A stretch of 58,552 nucleotides of DNA, the filler included, from Sphacelaria rigidula (Eukaryota), in assembly GCA_964200075.2 (NCBI GenBank). It is 9 parts of 9 records of this genome, joined end to end, with 100 filler letters (N's around TTAATTAATTAA, not from the genome) between each part and the next. Parts side by side here need not be neighbours in the genome. Positions count along the whole stretch, not along the records: positions 13,036 to 19,452 come from CAXNAA020020192.1; positions 19,553 to 25,969 come from CAXNAA020020193.1; 7 more parts are not named here. One strand, written 5' to 3'. The notes under the pieces were generated by a model. The model ran no database searches and was not told where the DNA came from. It saw nothing but the letters and a program-made list of their open reading frames with translations. Shown here piece by piece: positions 13,291 to 26,069 of the stretch. The position numbers and the translations under genes were made by a program. Within the stretch, counting starts at the first letter, position 1; each line of letters begins with the position of its first letter.

Positions 13291-13757
13291 GCTCTCTATA
13301 CTGAAAGGTCGCTGGTCTAAAGGGTATGCCTGAGCTGTCGACGTCAATCTCTGACCTTTCGAAACGTTCGTCCTCACTGTATTTCTTTCCATTCCCCATC
13401 CTCAACTTTCCTCCCCGCTAGGACCCTGAGGATGGGGGATAAGGGCCATGAAAGAGCAGTGAAGCGAACTAATAGGGTCCGAAGCACTGCCTTGTGTGGT
13501 ATGTACTTGTTTGTTGGAGACGCGTACTACGCTATTGCTTGCCTTTGTTGTTTGACTATCTTCAGGAAAGCAAAAAATGAGTACCCCCCCCTCCCTCTCC
13601 CAAAGTAAAAACAAAAAAACTCCTTGTATTGGTGTGGGACTGATGAAAGCACGGCACATAAATGTGATCGCCACGGGGCGCCGGTGCGTTAATGTTCGAT
13701 ACCAGGGTTTTTCTCACCCCTTCCCGTCTTTCCTGGGGATGCCGTGAATGCCCACAG

Positions 13758-16730
13758 AAGGGAAATTCTGAAGATGATGGTGATGATGGCGGAAGGAACG
13801 GGCTGGGCATAAGCCAGGCGTGGAAGACAGGAATGGCCACCAAGGCGGCACAGCGGTACTTGCAGAGGAAGTCGCAGAACGTCAATCTGCAGGATCTCGT
13901 CTACGGCCGATCGGGTACAGGGGGCGCTACCAAGGTGCATACGAAACAACAGTTTACTGTACCGTAACTTTACTGAACTCTTTTCCGGTGTAGTGTACGA
14001 TACTGTACTCCGCTTTGGTGTACTGTACCATAACTGTGCTCTACTCTACTCTATTGTACTCTGTTCCAGTGTACTGTACTGTACTATACTGTACTCCACT
14101 TTGGTGTACTGTACCGTAATTGTGCTCTACTGTACTCTACTGTACTCCACTTCAGTGTACTCTACTCTACTCCAGTGTGCTCTACTCTACTCTACTATAC
14201 TATACTCCACTTCAGTGTACTGTACTGTACTTTATTTCAGGTCTATATGCGAGAGCTGACCTCACCTCTGTACAGTAGAGCCGATTGGGTATAGGTGGCG
14301 CTTGCTGCCCATGCACAAAAGTAGGTAATAGTTTCTCTGTGTACTACAACACGTGGGTCTTCATCCAAAGGGTGGTGAACCGACGGTCGATCCGATCGGG
14401 TACAGGTGGTATTACCAAGGTACATACAACACATACAAGCAACAGGTTAGGTCTTCGGGTGCAGGGAGTGCTGTTGTAACGAGGTACATGCAGTCAACGT
14501 GTAGTCAACTGTACGTTGTGAGTCTTCATCCAGGCTATCTGGTACTTCTAGGATTTCTTTGTAACACTGGTGTGCGAAGATTTTAGGATCTTTTCTGATT
14601 TTTCACTGGGGACATTCGTACATTCATACATCATCACCCAGCGAAAAATGTTGGTATTGGACGTCCGTGGAATTCGCCGCTGGAAAATGACCACTACTTC
14701 ACAATCAAGCGGTAGAGACGGTTGCTAGATGTACCACATTAGATCTTTGTCCGGATGTTGAACGTTAGTCTATCGGGCACAGGCGGTGCCATTAAGGTAC
14801 ATAAAATATATATTTATCTGCCCCGTGCCCTCTAAGTCTTCATTCACGGGTTGACCTATTGTACGGGCGACTGAGTATCAGTGGTGCCATCAGGGTACCC
14901 AGAGCAACTTATGCTCAACCTTAGTGCATAGGTCTTCATCCAGGGGGTGAAATTTGGCCGATCAGGTACAGCCGGTGTGATCAGGGCACAGAACAAACAG
15001 TAAACGTATTTGCCCTATACCCTATAGGTCGTCATCAAGGTAATAACCCTTCGTACGGCCGACTAAGTACCAGTTATGGCCACCAGGGTGAACAAACAAC
15101 GATGCATAGGTCTTCACCTAGGGGTTAGCGAATCGCAGACTAGGTACAGGCAGAGTGTAAAACAACTGCCTTGTGTAGATAATCACACCGGGCTTGGCCA
15201 GGTGCTGATTGGGAGGGGGTACCCATGATGCCACGAAGAGTACATCAAACCGACATTGAGATTTGTACTCACTGCACTGTGTAGGTTATAATCCAGCTTA
15301 ACCGGGCAATGTTACCACATTTTTACACTCGTGACGCTGACGGCGATATGTTTCGAATAATCTGTACCGCGCGAAGCATCGGTACATGCATCATGGCATA
15401 TATGAGGGGCAACATGTGAGCGGCGATGAATCAGCGATGGGTTGGTATACACATATATATATATATATATATGTATGGTGTACACCAGGGCATGTATGGA
15501 TTTGCTCGCGAAAGTAGTAGAGCATTGCACACGTAAAAAAAATTATGACTTCACCCAGTTATGTTGTATGGCGCAACCAGTGGAAATAGGTACCGCTGAG
15601 CTATACCTAATAAGTCATTCGTTGGAAATACGTGCTGCTGAGGTTTACCGTATAGCTCATCCGGTGGAAATACGTACCGCTGAGTAATGCCGTATGGATT
15701 ATCCAGTGGAAATACGTACCCCTGAGTTATACCGTGTAGTTCATCCAGTGGAAATACGTACCGCTGAGTTATACCGTATAGCTCATCCAGTGAGAATACG
15801 TACTGCTGAGTTATACCGCATAACTCATCCTTTGTAAATACGTACTGCTGAGTTACGCCGTATAGCTCATCCGGTGGAAATGTGTACCGCTGAGTTATGC
15901 CGTATGGATCATCCAGTGGAAATACGTACCTCTGAGTTATACCGTATAGTTCATCCAGTGGAAATAGGTATTGCTGAGATATACAATAATGAGTAAGCAG
16001 GAGTTGAGGCGAGTTGAGTTGTTCGACGGGTGAAATATTGCACGAGGCCCTTTCGAGACAGCGATTTTTATTTTTAGAGGGATTGATTTTCACTTCTTTT
16101 TTTCTTTTGCTTCCCTGTTTCTCTCCTGGGTTCCTGTCAGTAATTTGTCTTGTCTGTTTCTCCCTGTAATTTTAGTCCAATGGTTCGTTTGTGTGTTTGT
16201 TTGTGTGTTTGTTTCATCCTTGACTAATCGTTGCACATTATCTGATCTCCGAAGGATCGAGCCGGGGCAACGAGATTTTTTTTTTTTTCGTGTTGCACGT
16301 TAACTGATCTCCAAAAGATCGAGTCGTAACAACAAGATCATTATCCATTTTTAACTTCTTTTTTTTCTTTTGCTTCATAGGAGGATGCTGCCGAAGAAGG
16401 TTCCGACGAAGAGGAAGACGACGAGCTGTTCAAGATCATGGGCAGAAAAAAGAAAAAGACGAGCAAGAGGAAGGACACCATCAAGGAAGACAAAACGTCA
16501 TCATCATCGCAGCTGTTCGGAGATGATGATGACGGAGACAATGATGCTACTGATGACGGTGGTGACGATTCGTCGAATGCGGAAGATGACGAAGATGATG
16601 ATGATAATGATGATGATGATGATGATTATGGTGTGGGTGGAGACCGGTCGAAGTTCAACCCTGATTTGGAGGCGTTGCAGGACTGGGAAGGGACAGGGGA
16701 CGGATGCGCGATAGAGGCTCTGCGAAACAA
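13758..16730 (+). CDS. BMS1: Ribosome biogenesis protein BMS1, two internal exons (13758-13934, 16381-16730); gene partial
   Basis: Exon 1 WKTGMATKAAQRYLQRKSQNVNLQDLVYG matches the BMS1 WK...KAA..FL.R....NL..L.YG block. Exon 2 is acidic and then reads DRSKFNPDLEALQDWEG...IEALRNK, matching the D.SKF...DW...IR segment before the FVTG.W motif. CAG|AAG, AAG|GTGCAT, TAG|GAG and AA|GTGAGG junctions; phase-0 join. Recognition is from memory, not a database search. Confidence 0.85.
13955..14235. repeat. Degenerate (TACTG/TACTC)n pentanucleotide satellite in the BMS1 intron
   Basis: Runs such as GTACTGTACTGTACTATACTGTACTCCACT. Confidence 0.9.
14355..15160 (+). repeat. About six degenerate ~95-bp units resembling the BMS1 exon end and 5' splice site
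   Basis: GGTCTTCATCC.GG...CGGCCGATCGGGTACAGG.GG.G..ACCAAGGTACAT-like units at ~14357, 14740, 14836, 14931, 15028, 15109; the 3' half matches 13902-13945. Confidence 0.75.
15528..16032. mobile_element. Probable old CAC...GTG element whose body is a 42-bp minisatellite (10 units, 15577-15985)
   Basis: Unit CCAGTGGAAATACGTACCGCTGAGTTATACCGTATAGCTCAT repeats every 42 bp. Ends CACACGTA (15528) and TGAGTTGTTCGACGGGTG (16032) resemble the TIRs of 28580-29950. Flanks GAGCATTG/AAATATTG differ by three transitions. The array is certain; the element boundaries are inferred. Confidence 0.65.
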
Positions 16731-16744
16731 GTGAGGAATAGTTA

Positions 16745-16917
16745 GAGCCTGGAAATGGCACTAGTTATCGCTGACCATTATCATGATAATGGTGACAATG
16801 GTCATGAACATGAAACAATTGGATGGTGGTTTCAAACCATTATCTACAGTTACCGGCTACGTGAGCTACACACAGCATTTGAAAACTGGCCCAAATTTCA
16901 CGTATTTTTGAGCTCTA
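16745..16917 (+). repeat. Dispersed repeat, second copy at 19225-19398
   Basis: GGAAATGG...CCATTATCAT...GGTTTCAAACCAT...TTACCGGCTACGT.GCTACA...GGCCCAAAT...GCTCTA is shared. Confidence 0.8.
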
Positions 16918-17187
16918 GTGAAGCCAAATCGCGTAAAAACGTGCCTCCCGCACGGCACCTCCACCGGGGCCCTCCGGGGAGGCCTCCGGCGGGCCCGGCC
17001 CCCCTCTGCCGGCGGCGGCTTCTCAGCTCGAGGCTGCGCCGCCCGATGGCCAAACTATTACGTACCATTAAACTGGTCAATGGTTAGACAAAATAATCCT
17101 ATCAACTGCACCTCTTGCTATTTGTTTGGTCATATTCTACGTAGAAACGAAAACAATATGCTGTGCGATGTATCTATTATACATGGG

Positions 17188-17365
17188 GTGGTCTCAAGGG
17201 ATCAATCGACCCATCCCCCTCCCGGTACACACACGTCTTTGCATTTGGGTCATCGCGGATTGGATCATGACCAGTGCTCACGTCCGCACAGCACCGTGTC
17301 GACTCTCGTCAAACAAACTCGGTCAATTTTTTGTTTACTCGCGTACGTCGTCTCACGCTTTTTCC
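17188..17365 (-). mobile_element. SINE family B body (head not recognisable)
   Basis: Reverse complement of 8070-8223. Confidence 0.75.
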
Positions 17366-19935
17366 CGGCTCTCTGGAGTGTACTCCAACCAGCTGTTTGA
17401 CCGTCAGGAATGGTAATCTCTGTTTTTTTTTTCCCTGTTGTTTGCATTCATTTTTGGGGGAAAAGTGAAGGTGTCTTTCAAACTCGACAATGTTTGTTTT
17501 GCCCACTCTGGAGTTTTCTCTGTTCTCGGGTACGTCTACAGGCTGGTTCAGGGTAAATACCCGAGATTGATTCCCCACTAAGAGATACGGAGCGCGAAAC
17601 TGACCCAGTGGAAACATATTTGGTATTATGGTGACCCCCACGAGCAAGCGAACATTGTGACATGGCCAGATTTTTTCTTGCGTGCTTTTTCGTGGGGCTA
17701 TTAGTCAAAATGTTTCCAGGCCAATCAGCGGGCTTCAACTTGTTCTGAAATTGAAAAAGCGAACTTCCGACTCAATTTGCACCCAATCTCATGACGAATC
17801 ACACCTTAGTAACCCCATCAGCTGGGGAATCTAACGCACAAAACAGATTTCAAATCGGTCTGCATGGGATTGAGTTTTACCTGCAAAATGTGGTTGAATT
17901 TCCACTGAGAAAAATGCATCTAAGACTCAGAAGGCCTCTTTATGTTTTCTGTCGTAACTTTCGTAGTTGGCAGTTTGGTAGATATGGGTGCTACAAATCG
18001 AAAAACCAACGTTGAGGACTATTTAAAAGTGTATCCGTTCTCTATCGGCTTCCGGGGGTCCCAGCGTGAAGAGCCCCAGGAGTCGTATAGATTTCTTTAA
18101 AACTAAAAACCCGAATCCGACTCATCCCGCGGCTGTGTGAGGAACGTGTGTACAAAGGTTCGTTGCGTAACTCGGAAAACTGACCCCAAACGATCTATTT
18201 AAGCTGAAGCGCACAAGAGAAATGTCGGTAGCATTCTACAATCAGGGGGGACTCCGCGAACATCTCTTCGTGTACTTCAACGCACAAACGGCCAATTGCT
18301 CACGCCGTTTTTGGGATATATACCGTGAAATTTCGCATACGCGTTTGTGAGATACTTCAAAGGGCGACCCCCCCTCCCGAGATTCCAGATATCTGACGAG
18401 AAACAAAACAATCGAAGAACGCTATCCATACAGCCCTGTAAGATATCTCACTCAGAGCACCCGTATGCAAAATTTCACGGGTTGATTTAAAAAAAAAACG
18501 GCGTGAGCGATCGCTGGGGAGCGAAATTCGTCCGGTCGTGCACCCTGAACCGGCCTGTATCATGCTACCACGGCTAGATCAAATCCATCGATCGCTGATC
18601 CAATCAATCAAAATAAGGTTTCGGTGAGATTGAGGAGACAGACAGCGTTCGACTGAGAATGAGGAGTTTAGCCCTTGGTGGAACCGGTACCACATTCGCT
18701 TGAAAAGTTACTGCGTGACCCTGATTTACTCACCCTGGCGGTCGCAGGGTTATTATAGCATGAGTTCCAAATAGTTGGTCGTTAGATATATATCCCGGAA
18801 GCACATAGACGCCGATATACGATTCTTTGACATCGCGACGGGTCAGTACCCTCCCTACACTGACATTCAATGCATTCATCGGGAGGACATGTTTGGATGA
18901 CGTCATGTCCGACGTCCAAATCATCACCTGCACAACGTACAGCGGCGCGTTGGTGAGAGGAATGTTTCGCTGGTTGATATGCTCGTTCCCCCCTTTTTTT
19001 TTTCTCGATTCAACAACACGGATCGTTCCTACTCTTACTCATTAGTGTTTCGTCTATTCGCACAACACACACACGGAAATAGCCGGCTTGCGATTGAGAG
19101 CATTTTCTCAGTCGTCAGCTACACTCGCGATCTCACGAAAGAACTTTGTTTCAACCAAATCAGTCAGTCAGTCAATCAATCAACCAACCAACCGATTAAT
19201 CAATCGACTAGTTAGTTTAGTAAAGCTCGGAAATGGTACCAATTATAACTTGCCATTATCATTGTGATGGTGATAATAGTGATGGTTACATGAAAAAGTT
19301 GTATGACGGTTTCAAACCATGATTTACCATTACCGGCTACGTATGCTACATGCAGCTCTCGAAATGGGCCCAAATCTAACGTTTTTTTTTTCGCTCTACA
19401 GGCTGGGCCGCCCAAGAAGCTCACTTTCCTTCAGCCCGTTCTAACCGACGAGNNNNNNNNNNNNNNNNNNNNNNNNNNNNNNNNNNNNNNNNNNNNTTAA
19501 TTAATTAANNNNNNNNNNNNNNNNNNNNNNNNNNNNNNNNNNNNNNNNNNNNGTCCCGGGTTTGAAGGGATGCGAGGTCAATGGTCTGATGACCATGGCA
19601 TGCATGATCATTGGTACCCCCTCCCCCCCTTCATTTCCGCTGTAGTTTCTTGAACACGCCAAATCACTGGGCGAGATATGAGCACAGCTCCCGTTCATCA
19701 TGTACCAGCGTAGTATTTACGGTACGGCGAGCCAGCCGAACCCTCGTCCTACTGTCTGCGCCGCCTTGACAGTTCAAGCGCATTTTTTCTGAGGCAGAAT
19801 GGACTGGCGGGATAGTGATTCTGATTTCGCACGGTCGCTCTCAATCACCTGGCCTTCGACGTCTGACTGCAAATACGTTGTTCCGGAATATCCTCCGTAA
19901 TGCCATCCTCACACCTCACCGCCGCCAACGACCAG

Positions 19936-22900
19936 GTACTGTGATGCGGAATTGTTATTTAGAGAGCAGCGGCTTTTGTGCGGTGGGGATGGCACCAGCG
20001 ACGGGGTAACAGACGGCGGCAGCGGACAGGAGGTGTGTCGATGCGCGCGCGTGGAAGTGTTCCGTTTCCAGAGGCTCAACCAAAAAAGCCTCAGAAGTAA
20101 TGCGTTTCTCCTGACCCGAGCACCGCTCATGGGAACAGACAAGCTTTCGTGTGTGTCAAAGAGTGCCTGCTGTTTTTTCTGCCTCCGGTGACTTTTTTCA
20201 AGGGAAGAGAGAAAATCACTAGCTCTACTGCCTGAATGGTTTCCGGCACCATTCTGAGCTATTTTTGGTGCACGCCGTTGCACTGTTGGCTCGAACAAGC
20301 TAAACGAATGCAAATGATAAAGAGTTGGAAGATGGCAGCGCATTGACCATCATGTTGTCCCGTATATTCGTGGGTTCTTTGTATCCAGTATTCTGGGATG
20401 TTCAAACTCAAACTGCGTGTACCCAATATCGCCGAGGTGTCCCAGAGTTCTTGTAGAGCGTAAAGTCCGTGAAGCTAGTATGTCCGGGGTGACAGTGTCC
20501 ACCTGCTAGTTTCACGCGAAAAACCTCAACGGAGAAACAAAGAACATAGTTTGTACCAGCAAAACTGATTTCGATATCAATTGGTCTAATGTCTCTCCCT
20601 TTTCTTTTGTTTTTTTTTCTTTATGAAAATGACGTCACACCCAAAACATGGTACTTGTGCATTTTTGTCTTCTTCGTGCACACCCGATTGTGCGGTATGA
20701 ACAGAAAGGAAGATGCGGCTGAGAATATCACAGTTAACCTCAGTGTTGTGTTTCTCACAAAAGTGTCAGTTTTTTGTGCCTTCTTTCTTTTTGACTAGTG
20801 TTTATTATTCGCGGCGCAGCAGAGCACCGATATCAGATATGTCCGTGTTTGTTCTCCTTGTTCTTTTATCTTGCTGTGGAATTTCGTTATTGCCACTCGT
20901 GTTGCGGCACCCGCGGTACAGCGGCGGAAGAGGCAAGCGGATGGTGATTTCCCCGGCACTTAGCAAATGTGAACTGCTGTCTCGCGAGCGTGTGTTTTTT
21001 GTGTTGACGACCCTGCTCTCACTATTGGTGGTCGTAGTGTATACTCCGACAAAAACACTAAACAAAAACAGACCCCGGTCGCCGTGTGCCACATCCACCG
21101 ACGAGGACGACGAGCGGAAGCTTCCTCCTCCTGGATTCGAAGTCTATTCATGCGATGGTGGAAGCCCGATCCTAAAAGGGGCTTCGGAGAAAAACTGCTA
21201 GAGGATGGATACGGCTTTTGGCGACGCGAGCGATGGTGGGCTGAAAATTGGAGATATACTCCTGAGTCATCCGTATCTGGAGGTCGGTCTCTGGTACATG
21301 TGTGTGTCGCCCACTATTTAGGAAAAAGCGCACATGTGTTTCACTTGACTTGGAACGACAAAAAAACATGCGACAAGAGCACAGAACCCAATTTTTTTTT
21401 TTTCATGGTAGGAGACATTTGCGAGCGAAGTCGTACACCGAAACCAAGTGATTAACGATGTTTTGGCATTTTTCCGTGTTCGTTTTAGACAATTTACTAG
21501 GCAGAATAAGTGCTCGCAAGAGTCCAAACCAACGGGATCGTTGTGCAGGTGGGAACGTTGGATACGCGACGCACCGACTCTGAATTTTTGGATTAGGACG
21601 ACTTCCGCTGAAACCTCGAGGTTAGAAACATGACATTCTCTCCGGTAGGATGGATTTGGTCGGCGAGAACGTGCATTAAATATACCAGTGCGAAGTGTCC
21701 GTGTTGAAAACCAATTGACCAAGAATAACTTCGACGGCATGGTTTCATACTACCAATTCTAGGTACTCGCAAACCATACCTCGTTACCACGATTCCACGA
21801 GCTCTGGACCCACGCGGAATATGCTCATGGTTTGGTGCTTCTGGGAAGGGACGTCATTTGCCGCGTGCGGAGGGAGAGCAGAAACCGCACGAGCCCGAGT
21901 CACGTTGTGAACATGATATGTTTAGGAAGCATACCATATACGCATGAATCCCAAGTCCTCGTTCAAAACATGGCTGGCCCTTGCCCAGTTGCCAGTGCCA
22001 CGTATGGTCTGGCGGCATCTGTTTGTTATTTCAGGGGCTACTTACTGTAGGGCAGTTTGGGTGGTATGCTGCTGGGACAGAGCAAATCGCTGCTTTTTTA
22101 CCGACTGTCCCGACTATCCCGACTACTGTCTGTGCTGTCGCAAGAGCAGAGTTACTGTAATTTATCCAAGACAACTGCAGCAAGCACATGAGTTTGTACA
22201 AAGTAATGCAGACACCCCATGTCACTGACAGCGCCTTCGAGCTGCTACTGTAATGAAAACAACGGTGACACCGCCCGCTCAAGTCGTCTTCGAGAGCCCA
22301 ATTTGGGGTACGCCACCAGCGGAAACAAAGATATGAATCAGCACTCCGCTGGGGCAACGCAACGCTTGTTGCCTACGATGACAAAATAATGTACAAACTG
22401 TGCCGCTAGGATGTAGATTGCGGTTGGCTGATGGACAGGTAGAATAGGGCGGTACAGGATAGTTGACATTTGAAGGATATTCCTTACCCCGCTTCGGTCG
22501 CACTCCAAACGTTTCAGCGTATTTACCAGACACGATATTTATCGCCAAGACCGCCGACGTCTCGCTGCTCGATTCCGAGAAAGTTTGAAGTTGAACTACC
22601 GTATGGCGACACACGAGTCTTGTACATTCCTGTCAGCATCCAGGCCTATGATCGTTCGATTTTCACCGGGGAAAAAGGTGAAACACAACCGAAAAATACT
22701 TGCTCTTCGAAACAAAAATTAAGTGACGCTTTTGCATGGGACTGCATTTCAGGTGAGAGGCCGATGGCGCCGTGATGACTTACACTATGAACACGCAAAT
22801 GTTCCCAACAAACGAGCTTGGACTGCAGCGTGGTGTACAACCCGTTTTACTCAGAGTTTTGATCTTCTCAGCAACGTTGATTTCCGTTTCCTTGTTGCTG

Positions 22901-23306
22901 TGATTCGCGCAAACCGCCGCTTGCAGCCCGTGATAAACAAAGAAGTCTATCTTCATGAGAAAGCGAAAATACTAAAAAAAGCTTTTGCTCCATTCACAAA
23001 TTATATATTCGTTCTTGTGTTGAATTTTGAATAGGTGGCGAAGCCAACGAACCGAGCCCCGTATTGAAGCGCCTGTTCGAGGATATGGAGCACCTGCGGA
23101 ATGCAGAGTCAAAGGCCAGAGCGAGCCAGAAGGGCTTGTGGGAATCTCCCGCGACTGGGGAAGATGGTCAAGAAGGTGGCGAAGCTGATGCAGCGCGCAG
23201 TGGCGGGAAAGCAAGAGCACTGGGGAGTCTCGGTCGTTCGCTTTCGTCGTCCGGAAAACGTGTGTTGAAGAAAATGTCTGAAGTTGTGAATAGCAAGCGA
23301 CGATAG
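19936..23306 (+). CDS. Staphylococcal-nuclease (SNase/TNase)-like protein, last three exons (19936-20032, 21072-21282, 23035-23306)
   Basis: Spliced product YCDAELLFRE...TPVAVCHIHRRG...GFGEKLLEDGYGFW...LKRLFEDMEHLRNAESKARASQKGLWE...stop. The ..LL..G.(A/G) helix and L..AE..A+....GLW end motif are characteristic of the SNase fold C-terminus. Junction phases (0, then 1) are consistent. Confidence 0.7.
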
Positions 23307-23763
23307 TGTGCCGTGGGACATTCGATTGCTGGACATCGCGACGTGATGATGAGTATTGTGTTCCCTGTAAGTACGAGAGCTGTTCGTGCCCGCTCTCTTC
23401 CTCAATATCATTCAACATAATAGATTTATGGTAAAGTTGTACACATGTTTCTGATTGATCCAAAAGCATTCGACGGAAGACCATGATTGGCTGAAAATCC
23501 TCGATCAGCGCCGCTGAGAGACATGGCACATAAATAGTACTAATTTCGAACTCTGAGTTTTCCTTTACCGTGCGGCTATATTTCCTTCGCACGAACGCAA
23601 TCCAGTCGCCCCTCTGATGATGGTGTACTTGATGTCACGCCGGCGGAGCGCCCGCAGTTGAATATGTGCATATATATATATATATATATTCAATCATACC
23701 GCTGAAACCTAACCGCTGGCTCGTGCATTTTGTTCCCATCATACTTCTAACAGGGACGAATTC

Positions 23764-24019
23764 GTGGTCTCGAGGGATCAGCCCATATCTCCCCTGGAAC
23801 ATGCCTTGCATTTCGGTCTCGCGGAGTGGATCAGCACTCCCGTAACGCATCGACTCTCGTCAAGGAAACTGAGGCACATTGTTTTTGCTACTCACGTCCA
23901 CACACTTGAACCGGCGGAAATCAAATACTTGTGGCAAAAGTCCACACGCATCTCGCGGGAATCCAATCCCCGTTCTTTCCACACCAAAATGTCAGTCAAA
24001 CCATGAAACCGCCGGGGCG
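23764..24019 (-). mobile_element. SINE family B, full length and diverged
   Basis: Minus-strand head CGCCCCGGCGGTTTCATGG...GGATTGGATTCCC and body ending GAGACCAC, homologous to 7971-8225. Confidence 0.75.
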
Positions 24020-24119
24020 TACTTCCCAAGCTCCGATGGGAGATTGGGCATGTCAGCGAAAACAGACGAGAGTGTGTGATTTCGTGAGCTCTTCCGTGTT
24101 TTTCAACAGCTATCATCTG

Positions 24120-24855
24120 CAACATGCGGAAATCAATGTCCCGTCTCTAGGCGACCGGTGACGTGAACGACACGCTGGACCGGCCGCAGATCCTAGATTA
24201 TGTTGGAGTCGTCTTTATATCGATCTCAGCTCACGGTGTGAATCTCGCTCCACTCGATGCATCTCTGTGTAAGGAAGATGGTTTTGTGAGCTCTCCTATT
24301 TAGTTTGAGCAACCATGGTTTGCTGCGGCATGCGAGGAACGATGTTGCGCTTTCAAGTGACTGGAGAAATGCTGAACCTGCCGAAGATCCTAAATTAAAC
24401 ACGATCCTGTTACGGTCATTTTGTATCGATGGGTCACCCCTTGATCGATCAATTACCAAAGACTGATCTCAGCCCACAGTGCAAACCTTGCGCCTCTCGC
24501 TTGTGTAGGCGAGAGGATTTTGAGAGGTCTTCTGCGCTTTTTGAACAGCCATTTTCTCCGGCGTGCGAAAATCGGTGTGGCGCCTTCAGATGACCCGTGA
24601 AAGGAGAGACGCCGAACCGGCCGCGGATCCTGAAATTTAACACGATCATGATGTATCATTATCCCGATCTCAGCTCAGGGCGAATCTGGCTCCATGCGAT
24701 GCATCCATTTCTGGGCAGGATGATGATTTCTAGAGCTCTCCTCTGTCTTTTGAGCAGCAGTTGTCTCCTGTGGCATGCGAAAATCGGTGTAGAGCTTACA
24801 GGCGACAAGATAAGTGCTGAACCTCCCGCAGATCCGAAATGAAGCACGATTCTAT
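24120..24855 (+). repeat. Diverged ~200-240-bp tandem repeat, about 3.5 units
   Basis: GATCTCAGC at 24222, 24465 and 24666; recurring GCATGCGAAAATCGGTGT and GAACC.GCCGCAGATCC motifs. Confidence 0.75.
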
Positions 24856-25014
24856 TGGTGCGAGGTACCATCAAGCACGTCAGCAGCTCCATCATGAGCG
24901 GTGGCCTCTAAGCCGATCATCACAGACAACGAGCACGGGCACAAGTATCCAACCGGGACTGGGTTGCGAGACTTTCTCTCGATGCAATCCCCGATGACCA
25001 TCGTGTTTTTTCAC

Positions 25015-25406
25015 GGGTCTTGCTATTTACGTCAACGTTGACGTAATCTGTTACATCCGTCAACGTTCAGCATCCGTCCCACAAGCCCCGCATGGACACA
25101 GCAACACATTGAAAACACTCACAGTCTCTAGCTATCGTTCAAGCCATCGCAGGGAGAAAAAGGACCCGTAACGGGTGAAATTCATGCTTATGGCAGAGTG
25201 AGCACTCCTGTGGCATGCCACCATGCATCATGCATGTATCTCATCCGTTACGGGTCCTTTTTCTCCCTGCGATGGCTTGAACGATAGCTAGAGACTGTGT
25301 GAGTGTTTTCCATGTGCTGCTGTGTCCATGCGGGGCTTGTGGGACGGATGCTGAACGTTGATGGATGTATCAGATTACGTCAACGTTGACGTAAATAGCA
25401 AGACCC
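25015..25406. mobile_element. 392-bp foldback MITE with ~165-bp TIRs and 9-bp TSD (Mutator-like)
   Basis: GGGTCTTGCTATTTACG... and ...CGTAAATAGCAAGACCC are near-perfect inverted arms; flanks TTTTTTCAC (25006-25014) and CTTTTTCAC (25407-25415). Confidence 0.9.
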
Positions 25407-25639
25407 CTTTTTCACAGGTGAAAGAAAGAGGTGATGATGGTGATTTTTCTGCAACTGGGTCAGCAAGGAAGGTGGATAAGCGCTCGAGGTACGCCGTGGA
25501 GGAAAGCCCAATCCACACGGAGGCGAAAGGTACCAGTTCCACGCATTTTGTGGGCAGAAGCTCATGCGAAAGTGCCGATATCGCCGTTTTCAACTGAAAA
25601 CAAAATCATCCGTAAAAGGAATTGCCTCAAGGAGGGATG

Positions 25640-25708
25640 TTCATCGGGATTCGAACTCGTGACCCCAAATAATGGAGTCTACTGTATCACACCACCATCG
25701 GGGGGTAG
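25640..25708 (-). mobile_element. tRNA-like head (B box GAGTTCGAATCCC), probably a third SINE family
   Basis: Minus strand CCCCCGATGGTGGTGTGATACAG...GGTCACGAGTTCGAATCCCGATG; no convincing cloverleaf. Confidence 0.5.
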
Positions 25709-26069
25709 CGGTGTCACACAACACCTTGCATGATGTGACGCCAGCCAGTGGAAGAACTGCTGGATCACTGCTCTTGAGGGACTCCCCAGTCTTACTGGCC
25801 TCAGTTTCAGTTGTCAGCCTTTACAACATTCTCATTATTCAGGAGTGATCTTCCAAGGCACCAGCTTTGCAGACACGCAAGTGCCATCTCCGTGCCCCCG
25901 AAATACCCTGAAATTGGATTTTCCCGTAGGACCCCAACATTTCGGTTATTGACATCCAAATTTTTAGGANNNNNNNNNNNNNNNNNNNNNNNNNNNNNNN
26001 NNNNNNNNNNNNNTTAATTAATTAANNNNNNNNNNNNNNNNNNNNNNNNNNNNNNNNNNNNNNNNNNNN

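Noticed and set aside
15551..16093. 180-aa ORF with 14-aa repeats (QRYVFPLDELYGIT)
   Set aside because: By-product of a 42-bp minisatellite antisense within the BMS1 intron; no splice or domain evidence.
19401..19452. Possible next BMS1 exon after a polypyrimidine-CAG
   Set aside because: Does not encode the expected FVTG.W continuation, is out of phase, and the acceptor lies in a dispersed repeat.
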